DNA of 64,000 nucleotides from Actinomycetota bacterium. Lineage in GTDB: Bacteria; Actinomycetota; Actinomycetes; Actinomycetales; Microbacteriaceae. Where the stretch lies: assembly GCA_030838475.1 (NCBI GenBank), contig JAUZFP010000054.1, forward strand, positions 48,850-112,849. Reading direction: 5' to 3'. The notes beneath the pieces were generated by a model. It searched no databases and was not told where the DNA came from. It saw only the letters and a list, made by a program, of their open reading frames with translations. Made by a program: the position numbers and the translations under genes. Below, piece by piece: positions 51,551 through 61,448 of the stretch; the first letter of the stretch is position 1, and the number at the start of each line of letters is the position of its first letter.

Positions 51551-52438
51551 CTAGAAGAGCAACCCCGTGAGGCGGCGTCGCGCCGGGGCGACGAGCGGAT
51601 CATCGCCCAGGATCTCGAAGTAGTCGAGGAGGCGGGTGCGAACCGCGGTCTTGCCCGCGGCATCCAGCGACGGGAACAGGTCGAGGAGCAGACCGAACGC
51701 GGCAGCCGCGTCGCCGAATGACACATCCAGGTCGGCGAGGGCGAGCTGCGATTCCAGCGAACCGGATGCGGCGGCCGCGCGAATCTCGTCCGCCGTCGTT
51801 CCGTCGAGTCGCTGCAGAAGCGACACCTGGGCGAGTCCGGCGATCGCGAGAGCATCCCGGGGGTTCTGCGCGATCGCGGTCTTGTACTCCGCGATCGCGG
51901 TCGTGTAGTCGCCCGCGGAGATCGCGTCGAACGCCTCCTGGTGGTGTGGGGGAAGCGGTTCCTCGGCGGGTTCTGCGGCAGCGGCGGCACCAGCCGGCAC
52001 GGTTCCCGTGACGCCCTGCTCCTTGGCGAGCACGAGCACCTGGTCGAGGACCTGGCGAACCTCGGCCTCCGGGTAGTCGCCGACGTACAGCTGCACCGGG
52101 CGACCACCGATAACGGCAGCAACTGTCGGAACCTGCTCGACCTGGAACGCCTGCGACAGTTGCGGGTTCGCCGGGGCATCCACGACGACGTGGGCGAGCG
52201 TGCCCCCGTACTGCGCGATCAGCCCGCCGAGTACCGGCTCGATGCCCTGACCGTAGAACTCGACGATGACCGGCACGGTCTTCGAGAGCTCGAGGGTGGC
52301 CGTGAACGTCGCATCCGTCGCCGGGGACCCGGCGACTCCGGATGCCGCGGGTCGCGCGGGACGCGGATTGACAAGACCGGAGAGATCGACCGCGCCGCGC
52401 AGCGTTGACGGCGAGATCGGGGGGACGTTTGTCGCCAC
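51551..52438 (-). CDS. Thioredoxin-like/TPR co-chaperone (YbbN/CnoX-like, no CxxC)
   Basis: LRGAVDLS, SKTVPVIVEF, FQVEQVPTV, C-terminal ARRRLTGLLF. Confidence 0.85.
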   Translation of the reverse strand: MATNVPPISPSTLRGAVDLSGLVNPRPARPAASGVAGSPATDATFTATLELSKTVPVIVEFYGQGIEPVLGGLIAQYGGTLAHVVVDAPANPQLSQAFQVEQVPTVAAVIGGRPVQLYVGDYPEAEVRQVLDQVLVLAKEQGVTGTVPAGAAAAAEPAEEPLPPHHQEAFDAISAGDYTTAIAEYKTAIAQNPRDALAIAGLAQVSLLQRLDGTTADEIRAAAASGSLESQLALADLDVSFGDAAAAFGLLLDLFPSLDAAGKTAVRTRLLDYFEILGDDPLVAPARRRLTGLLF

Positions 52439-54180
52439 TACAGTTCCTTCGCAGAGATGAGACCCTGGCCGTAGCCCAGTAGAACTATCTTGCTCGATTT
52501 GCTTGCGGCGGGCACGTAGAAGAGCAACTGGTCGCCATAAACCGCAACGAGGCCGGTCGTGGATGTCGCCTTGCCGGAGAGCGCCTGGATCTGGCCGGGC
52601 GCACTGACGGCGGCACCCGCCTGCACCGGCTTGACGGTCTCGGTCTCGTTGAGATCGACCGCCACGATGGCCCCGGAGTCTGTGGTCGCCAGCACGACGA
52701 CCTGTCCGCTGCCGTTCGAGTTCGTGTAGGTCAGGCTCGCGGTCGCGGGCAGGGCGGCAATCTGGGCCTTCTTGGATTCGGCACCGACCTGTGTGCGGAA
52801 GGTGTCGCCCTTGGGCTCGAACAGGTTGTAGGCAGACGCGTCCTTGTCTTTGTCAAGGATGTCGCCGTACGCGACGGCGATGGCGGCGGGCTGCATCTTG
52901 AACAGGCCGGTGTCGGGGTTGAGCCTCGCCGTACCGACCTTGGACGGCGCGACCGCGAACTTGATGTTCGGCTCGAGCGTCATGGCGTAGTTCACCTTGT
53001 AGTTCGCGCGCGGGTCGTCCTGAATCAGCATGAGCGCGGTGTACGTGGTGGACGCCTTGGTGGTCTTCGTTGCCACGGCCTTGCTCACCAGGACGGTGAA
53101 CACCGTGCGCGGCCAAGTGTTGCTCGCCTGCGGAAGATTGACGGTGATCTCGCCACTCGGGATCGCGATCGACGACGCGAGCTGCGGGTTGGCCTTGCGG
53201 ATCGTGTAGTTGGCGAGGCGATCGGCGAGGGCCGGTCCGGCCATCCGGGTCTTGATGACCTTGTCGTCGAACTTCGAGTCGGCGTTCTTCACCGTCGCCG
53301 CGACGCTCTGCATGATCTGCTGCAGCTGGACCGTGGTCACGGCGGGCGTCTTCGTGGCCGCGGCAAGGGCCGACGGTGTGGCGGATGGTGTCGCGATGGT
53401 CGGCGCCGGTGCGACAGTACAGCCCGCCAGCAGAAGGACGGAGACCCCGAGCGTCGGAACGAGTGCGACAAAGTTGCGAATCGAGCGGCGACCCTTGCTC
53501 GCGGTGATTGCCTTGCGCTGCGGCCTCAGGCGCGGCTGGCGCGGGAGCTTCGGCATCCGCGGCTGGGAGCGGCGCGGACCGCGCGTGCTCCGCAGATGGT
53601 AGAACGCGATGAGAAGCAGGATGAGGCCGGCCAGCAGGGCGATCGCGCCGGCGAGGATCAGCGGCCCGGTCCACGGCCTCGAGTTGTCCAGCGGCCAGGT
53701 CAGTGACACATCCGACGGTGCAGGAAGTTTGCCGTTCGAGACCGCGATCACGGACATGTCCGTCGGGATCTTGATCGAGAAGTTCTTCGCCTGGTCGAAC
53801 GGGAACTGCTGGAGCCACAGGTCGGAACCTGCCGGGTTCGGTACCGCGCTCGTCTTGCCCGTGTGCAGCTTCGACTGAAGCTGACCGGTCGACCTGTTGA
53901 GCGTGACCTCGTTGTACGTCGCGTTGCCCACCCAGGCGCGCACGTCGGACGTGCGACCATAGGCGGCAAACGCCGTCGCGGAGCCGGAAAGTTTGACGTT
54001 CTGCGTCTGCTTGTAGGAGTTGAGCGCGGCGCCATCGATCACGAGCACCGGTGCGGCCGAGTGCGAGACGGTGTGGAGGGTGACCTCGCTCGGCGGTGCG
54101 AGGAAGGTGCGCTCGGCGATACCGGTACCGAGGGTGCCAAAGGCAATGATGAAACAAATGATTGCGAGAACAAATCGCAC
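52438..54180 (-). CDS. Conserved membrane/extracytoplasmic protein of unknown function
   Basis: AAAGGAG SD then GTG; N-terminal TM, internal TM, internal LLAGC; coupled to the YbbN-like gene. Confidence 0.75.
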   Translation of the reverse strand: MRFVLAIICFIIAFGTLGTGIAERTFLAPPSEVTLHTVSHSAAPVLVIDGAALNSYKQTQNVKLSGSATAFAAYGRTSDVRAWVGNATYNEVTLNRSTGQLQSKLHTGKTSAVPNPAGSDLWLQQFPFDQAKNFSIKIPTDMSVIAVSNGKLPAPSDVSLTWPLDNSRPWTGPLILAGAIALLAGLILLLIAFYHLRSTRGPRRSQPRMPKLPRQPRLRPQRKAITASKGRRSIRNFVALVPTLGVSVLLLAGCTVAPAPTIATPSATPSALAAATKTPAVTTVQLQQIMQSVAATVKNADSKFDDKVIKTRMAGPALADRLANYTIRKANPQLASSIAIPSGEITVNLPQASNTWPRTVFTVLVSKAVATKTTKASTTYTALMLIQDDPRANYKVNYAMTLEPNIKFAVAPSKVGTARLNPDTGLFKMQPAAIAVAYGDILDKDKDASAYNLFEPKGDTFRTQVGAESKKAQIAALPATASLTYTNSNGSGQVVVLATTDSGAIVAVDLNETETVKPVQAGAAVSAPGQIQALSGKATSTTGLVAVYGDQLLFYVPAASKSSKIVLLGYGQGLISAKEL

Positions 54181-54190
54181 GATTACTCCT

Positions 54191-54322
54191 TTCGTGTTGC
54201 CCTGCACCGCAAATTCCGGGTCTGGCACCCTCCCGCCAGAACGATCTGACCGCTCGCGTTAGGCGCGAGGAGGAGGGATCCGTACCGGGTGCTAAACCCG
54301 TCACGGACGGCAACAACAAAGA
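54191..54322 (-). ncRNA. Candidate structured 5' leader RNA
   Basis: Nested stems listed in findings; TAACCT -10 hexamer at 54329-54334 (minus strand); structure ends at the SD. Confidence 0.4.
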
Positions 54323-54458
54323 CATCCAAGGTTACCGGATGCCCTCAAGCCCCGCCTAACTGTGCGTCTGGGAATCCCCTGACAAGGTCCGGTTGATTAT
54401 CGTTCGCAGTCGCTCGCTAAACTCGGACTCGTTGCAGATTTCGCGAAAGGGGCCTGAA

Positions 54459-56708
54459 TTGGCTGGCGAGACACAAGATTTTGGCACCGAGATGCGCGGA
54501 TATCGCAAGGAAGAGGTGGACCGCGCGATCCAGGACCTTCGCCGCGAGATCCTTCAAGCCAACGCCGAACGCACGGACGCCGCCAAGGAGATCAAGCGCC
54601 TGACCGCCGTCGCCGACGACTTGCAGGCCGAACTCGACGAGACGGGCACACCGACCTACGCGGGCCTCGGCACGAAGCTCGAGAGCACGCTGCGCGTCGC
54701 CGAGGAGCAGTCGATGCGCCTCATCAGCCAGGCCGACATCGACGCAGAGAAGCTTCGCGCCCAGGTGCAGGCCGACGTCCAGAAGCTCACGCAGGAGTCG
54801 ACCGACGTTGCCAACAAGCTGATCGCGGATTCCACCGCGCAGGCCGAGCGCACGATCTCTACCGCAAACAAGGATGCCGACGAGGTCGTCGCGCACGCCA
54901 AGGAGGACGCCGAGTCCATCGTGAACGACGCGACCCGTGAAGCGGCAGCCATCCGTGGCGCGGTTGCGACCGAGGCCGCGGAGGCTCGCGCGACGACGAA
55001 GCGTGAGGCCGCGGCGCAGCGCGCCGAGGGCGAGCGCCAGATCGCCGAGCTCAAGGCCGTCGCGGTTCGCGAAACCGAGGATGCCCGCGAGGCCGCCGCT
55101 GTCCTCGCCCGGGATACAGAGAAGGCTCGCGCCGACTTCGAGGCCGAGAACACGAAACAGCGTGCGGACCTTGCCCGCGACATCGAGCAGGGTCGGACCG
55201 ACCTCGAGCGCGAACTCACCACCGGCCGCGCGGAGCTCGCGCAGGAGACCGCGAAGGCGCACACGGAACTTGCCAACGAGACTGCCGCGCAGCGGGCCGC
55301 GCTCGAGAACGACACCGCGAGCGCTCGGGCTGCACTGGAGAACGACACCGCGACCGCGCGTGCCGCGCTCGAGAACGATACGGCCGCGCGCCGCGCGGAG
55401 CTGGAGAACGAGATCACGTCGCGTCGCGCAGAGCTCGACAACGACATCACCTCGCGGACGGCCATCCTCGAGCAGGAGATTAGTTCGCGCACTAGTGAGC
55501 TCGAGCAGACCATCGCCGCTCGCACGAAGTCCCTCCAGCAGGAGATCAGTTCGCGCACGAAGTCTCTCGAGAACGAGATCGCGACGAAGACTGCGGCGGC
55601 GGACCAGGACATCGAGTCGCGAACCGCAGCCGCCGACCAGGACATCGCGGCCCGCACGGCCGCGGCAGACCAGGACATCGCCGCCCGCACGGCCGCGGCA
55701 CACCAGGACATCGCTACCAGGACCGCGGCGGTCGACCAGGACATTGCCGCAAGGACCGCTGCTCTCGAGCAGGACGTCACGACTCGCACCGCCGAGCTGG
55801 AGAACGAGATCACCACTCGCCGTGCGGCGCTCGACAACGATGTGAAGGCGGCGCGCAGCAAGCTCACCAAGGACACTGCGGCCGCTCGTACGCAACTCGA
55901 GAAGTCCACGGCCGAGGCGAAGGCCAGCATCGATGCCGCCAAGGCCGCGAGCGACGCGGCGATGGCATCCGAGAGTGCCGAGGCACGTGCCGCCGTCGAA
56001 TCGGAGACGGCCGCGGCACGCTCCGCCGTCGCCGCCGAGACGGCGGAAGCCCGAGCGTCGCTCGAGGCGGAAATCGCGACCGCCCACGCCGCGCTCGAGG
56101 CCGAGACGACCGAGACCAAGGCCAAGCTCGACCACGACGTCGACAAGGCCCGCAAGGACCTCGCTCGCGACGTCGCCCGCCAGCGTGCCGCAGTCGCGCA
56201 CGAGAGCGAGATCGTTCGCGCCAAAATTGCGCACGACAGCGACGAGTCGAGCACCACCATCGCCCGCGCCGCCGAGCAGGCTCGCCTCGACCTCGACGTC
56301 GAGATGAAGACCCGACGCGACGAGGCCGAGAAGGATGCGCTCGCGAAGCAGCAGGAGGCATCCGCGTCAATGCAGAAGTACCTCGACGAGGCGCAGGCCC
56401 AACTCACGGAGGCCCAGCAGCGTGCGGCGGACAAGCGCACCGAGGCCGACTCGTACGACGAAAAGACGCGCGTGGCCGCGAAGGCGATCCACGACAGCGC
56501 AACGAAGGATGCCGCCAAGCTGCGCGCCGACGCTGAGCACTACTCGAAGACGCTGATCGCAAACGCGGAGAAGCAGAGCTCCGAACTCATGGCGGACGCG
56601 GAGGAGCGCCTCTCTCAGATTCGCATCGAGCGCGAGGCCGTGGCGGGCTACTTCGAGTCGCTGCGCGGGGTATTGTCGCAGGCAGAAAAGGTTTCCAGCC
56701 AGGACTGA
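54459..56708 (+). CDS. DivIVA-domain long coiled-coil protein (Scy/FilP-like scaffold)
   Basis: F..EMRGYRKEEVD DivIVA motif; YAGLGTKLESTLRVAEEQS; Ala/Glu-rich coiled coil; TTG start after GAAAGGGG. Confidence 0.85.
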   Translation: MAGETQDFGTEMRGYRKEEVDRAIQDLRREILQANAERTDAAKEIKRLTAVADDLQAELDETGTPTYAGLGTKLESTLRVAEEQSMRLISQADIDAEKLRAQVQADVQKLTQESTDVANKLIADSTAQAERTISTANKDADEVVAHAKEDAESIVNDATREAAAIRGAVATEAAEARATTKREAAAQRAEGERQIAELKAVAVRETEDAREAAAVLARDTEKARADFEAENTKQRADLARDIEQGRTDLERELTTGRAELAQETAKAHTELANETAAQRAALENDTASARAALENDTATARAALENDTAARRAELENEITSRRAELDNDITSRTAILEQEISSRTSELEQTIAARTKSLQQEISSRTKSLENEIATKTAAADQDIESRTAAADQDIAARTAAADQDIAARTAAAHQDIATRTAAVDQDIAARTAALEQDVTTRTAELENEITTRRAALDNDVKAARSKLTKDTAAARTQLEKSTAEAKASIDAAKAASDAAMASESAEARAAVESETAAARSAVAAETAEARASLEAEIATAHAALEAETTETKAKLDHDVDKARKDLARDVARQRAAVAHESEIVRAKIAHDSDESSTTIARAAEQARLDLDVEMKTRRDEAEKDALAKQQEASASMQKYLDEAQAQLTEAQQRAADKRTEADSYDEKTRVAAKAIHDSATKDAAKLRADAEHYSKTLIANAEKQSSELMADAEERLSQIRIEREAVAGYFESLRGVLSQAEKVSSQD
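55293..55853 (+). repeat. 17 degenerate 33-bp (11-aa) tandem repeats within the CDS
   Basis: RAALENDTASA, RAALENDTATA, ... TAAADQDIAAR ... RAALDNDVKAA. Confidence 0.85.
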
Positions 56709-56755
56709 TCACCGTCGCCTGACGACGTGCAGAAGGTCCGACCGAGAGGCGTCCC

Positions 56756-57820
56756 GTGAAGATCCAGAACTCATTTCGGCTCGGCCTCTTCGGCGGACTC
56801 GGAGTCATCGTCGCCATCGCAATCGGCGCCGCGATCGGGTCACTCTCGACGATTCTTACCTATGTCGGCGCGGCGCTGTTCCTGGCCCTCGGCCTCGATC
56901 CACTGGTGTCATTCCTTGCCAAGCACGGCTGGCCGCGCGTGCTGGCGATTGTCGCGGTACTCATCGCGCTCCTGGCCGCCTTCGCGGGGCTCGTCTTCGC
57001 GCTCATCCCGGTGGTCATCGACCAGATCAGCAAGCTGACGAAGGTCATCCAGACCGACCTGCTGCCCTCGATCACCAAGGGCACGTTCTGGAACAACGTC
57101 CAACACAACTTTCCGTGGCTCGACGTGAAAACGGTGGAGACGTCGTACAACGACTTCGTCAATGGCCTCGACTTCAATAAAATCGGCGGCGGCATCCTCT
57201 CGACCGGGATTGCGGTCGCCAGCGGCATCGCGGGCGCAGTCGTCATCTTCATTCTGACGCTGTACTTCGTGTCGTCCCTCGGAAGCATCAAGCGGGGCCT
57301 GTACCAGCTCGTCCCGGCATCCAAGCGCCCCGGCTTCATCGATATCGCCGAGCAGATCACTGAGGCGGTCGGCAAGTACGTCATGGGGCAGGGGGCGCTG
57401 GGGCTGGTCAACGGAATCCTGTCGTTCCTGTACCTCCAGCTGATACTTCCGCTGTTCGGCGTGCAGATCGACTACGCCATCCTGCTCGCCTTCATCGCCC
57501 TGATCGGCTCGCTGATACCACTGGTGGGCACTATCTCGGCCTCTGTCGTGATCACGCTCGCCGTGTGGGCGTTCAACGGATCGCCCGCCGTGTTCTGCGT
57601 GCTCATCTACTACGCCGCCTACATGCAGGTCGAGGCGTACATCATCAGCCCCCGGATCATGCGTACTGCGGTGTCTGTTCCGGGCGTCGTCGTCGTGATC
57701 GCCGCCCTCGCCGGCGGAACCCTCCTTGGAGTTCTCGGCGCGCTCATCGCCATCCCGGTGGCTGCAGCCATCCTGCTGATCATCAAACAGGTGGTCATCC
57801 CGAGGCAGAACGCGCTCTAG
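56756..57820 (+). CDS. AI-2E family transporter
   Basis: ALFLALGLDPLV, LIPLVG, QVEAYIISPRIM, LGALIAIPVAA. Confidence 0.93.
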   Translation: MKIQNSFRLGLFGGLGVIVAIAIGAAIGSLSTILTYVGAALFLALGLDPLVSFLAKHGWPRVLAIVAVLIALLAAFAGLVFALIPVVIDQISKLTKVIQTDLLPSITKGTFWNNVQHNFPWLDVKTVETSYNDFVNGLDFNKIGGGILSTGIAVASGIAGAVVIFILTLYFVSSLGSIKRGLYQLVPASKRPGFIDIAEQITEAVGKYVMGQGALGLVNGILSFLYLQLILPLFGVQIDYAILLAFIALIGSLIPLVGTISASVVITLAVWAFNGSPAVFCVLIYYAAYMQVEAYIISPRIMRTAVSVPGVVVVIAALAGGTLLGVLGALIAIPVAAAILLIIKQVVIPRQNAL

Positions 57821-57883
57821 TCGCTGGTCACCGGCTGCCGTTAAGTACCAAAGCAGCTTGGACGTGTTCGGCGTCGCGATTTC

Positions 57884-58087
57884 CGAGACTCGTTGCGTTC
57901 CGAACGGCCGATGCGAGACTCGTTGCGTTCACGTACCCGGATTTCGACAACTCTCGTCGCCTTAGGAGGACATCTGACCGTTGCGGCCGCAGAATCTCCT
58001 CCTTTGGTGCGTTTCGGTCGGAAACTCCTCCCGTGGGGCGCGCTCAACAGGATGTGAGGTCACCAACGGCCGAATCCGTCCTGTTGA
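57884..58087. repeat. Intergenic mosaic of a 17-bp direct repeat and several hairpins
   Basis: CGAGACTCGTTGCGTTC at 57884 and 57914; AGGAGGA...TCCTCCT; TCAACAGGA...TCCTGTTGA. Confidence 0.6.
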
Positions 58088-58188
58088 AGGCGACAAGTGC
58101 CGAGTTCGTCCAGTCGAGCGCAATGCACCCCGCGGAATGCTCGGGCGAAACGCGCTAGCGCGGGTGGCTATCCCGTCCGTGCTGCTTT

Positions 58189-58917
58189 TTATGCTTCCGG
58201 GACCGCATACATCGTCGGCAGCGGCACCCTCGACGGGTTGACGCGGGCCACGATCTCGTTGAGCACGCGCGCGGTCTGGTGTTCGCCGACCCAGAGGTGT
58301 TTGCCGTCCTTGACCTCGACCAGGTCGGTCTCCGGCACGATGGCGAACCGTTCGCGGGCCTCGGGCGGCCGCAAGTAGTCGTCCAGTTCGGGGACGATTG
58401 CGACCAGCCGCTTGCCGCTCCCCGCCCACCGGCCGAGCTCGGCATCCGTCGCCCGCCTCAGCGGAGGCGACAACAGGATGGCGCCGTCGATCGGAAACTG
58501 GAGTCCGTAGCGCACGGCGACCTCGGTGCCGAATGACCAGCCGACGATCCACGGATGCGGTAGCCCCCGCTGCGCGACGAGATCCATCGCCGCCGCGAGA
58601 TCCTTCTCCTCGAGGACACCGTCGCCGAAGCTGCCCTCGGACGTGCCGCGCGGCGAGGTGACCCCGCGGAAGTTGAACCGGAGAACCGCCAGATCGGCGA
58701 GCGCGGGCAGCCGCGCGGCCGCCTTGCGCAGGATGTGCGAGTCCATGAACCCGCCGCCGGTGGGCAGCGGATGCAAGCAGACGAGCGTCGCGACCGGCGC
58801 CACCGTCTCGGGCAGCGCAAGCTCGCCGACGAGGGTGAGCCCATCCGAGGTGTGAAGCTCGACGTCTTCCCTGCGCGCCGGGAGTTCGACGCCGCCGCGA
58901 ATTTCGATGTCGGTCAC
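58189..58917 (-). CDS. Alpha/beta hydrolase
   Basis: LHPLPTGGGFMDSH, RFNFRG, GWSFG, DDYL, KHLW. Confidence 0.88.
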   Translation of the reverse strand: MTDIEIRGGVELPARREDVELHTSDGLTLVGELALPETVAPVATLVCLHPLPTGGGFMDSHILRKAAARLPALADLAVLRFNFRGVTSPRGTSEGSFGDGVLEEKDLAAAMDLVAQRGLPHPWIVGWSFGTEVAVRYGLQFPIDGAILLSPPLRRATDAELGRWAGSGKRLVAIVPELDDYLRPPEARERFAIVPETDLVEVKDGKHLWVGEHQTARVLNEIVARVNPSRVPLPTMYAVPEA

Positions 58918-59213
58918 GGCTTGATCCTCCAGCAGTGCAGGTGCCAGTGACGGCGCTCGGCCAGGTCGTTCTGCTCGCCCATGAGACCATCGGTACGCCA
59001 GGTCACGGTGTGGGCGACACCGGGCGCGATCTCGAGGCCGCAGCCCGGGCACACGTAGAACTTGGTGGCGGATGCAGCGGCAAGCGGCTGCACATTCCAG
59101 GTCCCGTCGCGCTTCGACTCAGTCGAGAGCCGACCGATCAGTGCACGGCTGAGATCGATCTCTGCGTCGTCATCGTCCGGTCGCCGCCCGCGGGGACGAT
59201 TCGAACGAGGCAT
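58914..59213 (-). CDS. Conserved actinobacterial small Cys/His protein
   Basis: MPRSNRPR...YVCPGC...H.VTW...RRHWH..CW. Confidence 0.85.
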   Translation of the reverse strand: MPRSNRPRGRRPDDDDAEIDLSRALIGRLSTESKRDGTWNVQPLAAASATKFYVCPGCGLEIAPGVAHTVTWRTDGLMGEQNDLAERRHWHLHCWRIKP

Positions 59214-59233
59214 GAGTCCAGCCTAAGTGGGAA

Positions 59234-59851
59234 TCAGTACCAGCCGGTTGCCTGCGAGTGCGCCCACGCGCCGCAGGGGGTGCCGTAGCGGCCCTTGATG
59301 TAGCCGAGGCCCCACGTGATCTGCGTCGTGGCATTGGTCTGCCAGTCCGGGCCGGCCGACGCCATCTTGTTGCCCGGCTTCGCCTGCGGAATCCCGTAGG
59401 CGCCGTTCGGGTTCTCGGCGGTGACCCTCCAGTGCGACTCGCGGTTCCAGAGCGACACGAGGCAACTGAACTCATCGTTGCCCATCCCCTGGGCGGTCAA
59501 CATGGCGAGGGCAATCGCCTGGGCGGACCCCGACGACGGGATGCCGGCGATCGTGACCGGCTTCGGCGCGGAGTGCACCCCGAAAGCGTCACGCGTAATA
59601 GTACCGACAGGGTCGCCGTCCGTGGTCTGGAGCTGCTGGCTGGTCGTGAGCGCCCAGTGGCTCGGGGCAGTATTCGCGTCGGCGAACGCCCCAGAATACG
59701 GGTCGACGACCATGACCACGACGATCGCGACGGCGAGCACAAATGCGTAGATCGGAACCTTCCACCGTGACGGAAGGAGTCGACGAGTATTGCGCCGAGA
59801 AACCGCGGCGAACCGGCCCTCGATCGAGACAATCGTCGAATGCGTGCCCAC
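59234..59851 (-). CDS. Lytic transglycosylase-domain protein
   Basis: CLVSLWNRESHW, GAYGIPQA.PG.KM, TQITWGLGYI..RYGTPC.AW. Confidence 0.9.
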   Translation of the reverse strand: MGTHSTIVSIEGRFAAVSRRNTRRLLPSRWKVPIYAFVLAVAIVVVMVVDPYSGAFADANTAPSHWALTTSQQLQTTDGDPVGTITRDAFGVHSAPKPVTIAGIPSSGSAQAIALAMLTAQGMGNDEFSCLVSLWNRESHWRVTAENPNGAYGIPQAKPGNKMASAGPDWQTNATTQITWGLGYIKGRYGTPCGAWAHSQATGWY

Positions 59852-59902
59852 AGTTACCCGATTTTAGTGCAGGGGACCGTCAAAACCACCGAATAGCGGT
59901 GA

Positions 59903-60454
59903 TTACCGCACGGCGAGCATGACACCAATTATGGCGTCAAGGAACAGGTCAACCTGCACCTCGTTGTAGCCCCCGCGGCGGGTGCGGAACGCGATGGTGC
60001 GAACCTCATCGACGCTCATCGGCTTGCCATCCTGGAAGTACGCGGTCAGCTGCTCGCCGAATTCGTCGACATCCTTGGGGTGATATCCGAGTGTCAGCGC
60101 GCTGTTTCGTTTGAATCGGTGACCCCACGGGCGGTCGAGGCGGTCGAGCGCTTCCTGCGCTGTCGAGCGGGCTTTGCCGAACCAGGCCTGGTCGCCGATC
60201 TCCGCAAACGCGCGATCCTTCTCGCGCGCGGCGAACGCATCCTCGAGGCGCTCGAGGGCGGCATCCACGTGCACAACGGAGTATCCACCCTTCTCCATGT
60301 CGAAGGCGGTGCGACGAATGGTTTCGGCGGTGATGACGGTCGGAGCCGATCGGTCGGCGGAGTAGGCGCGGCGCGCATCCTCGAGAAAGTCCTCAACTTC
60401 GTCGACGGCGTAACCCGGCTTCGACTTCCTGGTCCTGGGAAAAGTTGTGCTCAC
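59903..60454 (-). CDS. DivIVA-domain protein with repeated GY...VD motifs
   Basis: GYAVDEVE, GGYSVVHVD, GYHPKDVD, GGYNEVQVD. Confidence 0.88.
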   Translation of the reverse strand: MSTTFPRTRKSKPGYAVDEVEDFLEDARRAYSADRSAPTVITAETIRRTAFDMEKGGYSVVHVDAALERLEDAFAAREKDRAFAEIGDQAWFGKARSTAQEALDRLDRPWGHRFKRNSALTLGYHPKDVDEFGEQLTAYFQDGKPMSVDEVRTIAFRTRRGGYNEVQVDLFLDAIIGVMLAVR

Positions 60455-60458
60455 CCGT

Positions 60459-61448
60459 CTATCCTGCCGCATTGAAAATGAGAAAGAGTGCATAGGCGAC
60501 TGCGGCGGACGGGAGCACAGAGTCGAGCCGGTCGAGGAATCCGCCGTGGCCGGGGAGCCAGTTGCTGATGTCCTTGATGCCGAGATCGCGTTTGATGAGC
60601 GACTCGACGAGGTCGCCGACCGTCGCCGTGAGGGCAATCGCCACACCGAAAATGACGCCATCGAGTACCGAGATGTGGAGCAGCAGCCAGCCGACCAGGA
60701 AGCTTGCGATCTGCGCTGCGACGATCGAACCGGCGAATCCCTCCCATGTCTTCTTCGGGCTGATGCGGGGGGCCATCTTGTGCCTGCCGAGCAGCAGCCC
60801 GGTGACGTATGCGCCGGTATCCGTCGAGACCACGACGATCAGGAGGCCGAGAACCCACAGGTGGCTATTCTGCTCGGACGCGAGAAGCACGGTGAAGCTG
60901 CCGAGGAAGATCGCGTAGGCCTGGATGAAGAGGCCGGCCAGGAGGTCGTAGCCGAGCTCGCGCGCCGATTTGCGCCGAGCCGGGATGATCGCCTCCACCA
61001 GTCGCCAGACGGTGATGAAGGCCATGCCCGCGAGGAGGACGAGCCATTGTCCCTCGCTGTGCCAGTAGAAGGTGGCCACGATGACGCCGACCGCGGCGAT
61101 GGCGGACGGGATCCGCGGGACGTTGCGACCGGTAGCCCTGAACGCCGCCGTGAGCTCGAGCGCGAGGAACACCATCAGCGCCGCGGCGAAGATCATGAAG
61201 ATCCAGGTCAGGAAGATCAGGCTGGCGATGAACGCCGCCCCGAACACAATGCCGATCGCGACCGCCGCAACCAGGTTGCGACCGGTGCGCTCCTCGATGA
61301 TGGCGTTCGTCGCCCGCACCTGCGCCTCGATCTTCGCGTTGGTGGCGCGCACCTGCGCCTCGATGTCCGCAACGGTTGCGTCGAATTCGGCGCGCTGGCG
61401 CGCCCGCTTGCTTGCTCGCGGGGTGGGACTCTCGCCGGGCTCGGTCAT
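60459..61448 (-). CDS. cdsA: Phosphatidate cytidylyltransferase
   Basis: DTGAY, ISPKKTWEG, GDLVESLIKRDLGIKD, PGHGGFLDRLDS. Confidence 0.96.
   Translation of the reverse strand: MTEPGESPTPRASKRARQRAEFDATVADIEAQVRATNAKIEAQVRATNAIIEERTGRNLVAAVAIGIVFGAAFIASLIFLTWIFMIFAAALMVFLALELTAAFRATGRNVPRIPSAIAAVGVIVATFYWHSEGQWLVLLAGMAFITVWRLVEAIIPARRKSARELGYDLLAGLFIQAYAIFLGSFTVLLASEQNSHLWVLGLLIVVVSTDTGAYVTGLLLGRHKMAPRISPKKTWEGFAGSIVAAQIASFLVGWLLLHISVLDGVIFGVAIALTATVGDLVESLIKRDLGIKDISNWLPGHGGFLDRLDSVLPSAAVAYALFLIFNAAG

Noticed and set aside
54191-54322. tRNA gene
   Set aside because: Too long, no T-loop or D-loop consensus, no CCA end
55293-55853. 33-bp periodicity as a non-coding array
   Set aside because: Fully explained by in-frame 11-aa protein repeats
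57884-57930. 17-bp direct repeats as a CRISPR array
   Set aside because: Only two copies with a 13-nt spacer, and no cas genes in the window
61293-61364. 11-aa duplication in the CdsA N-terminus (IEAQVRATNA x2)
   Set aside because: A real but small duplication in a variable tail, with no sign of a wider system
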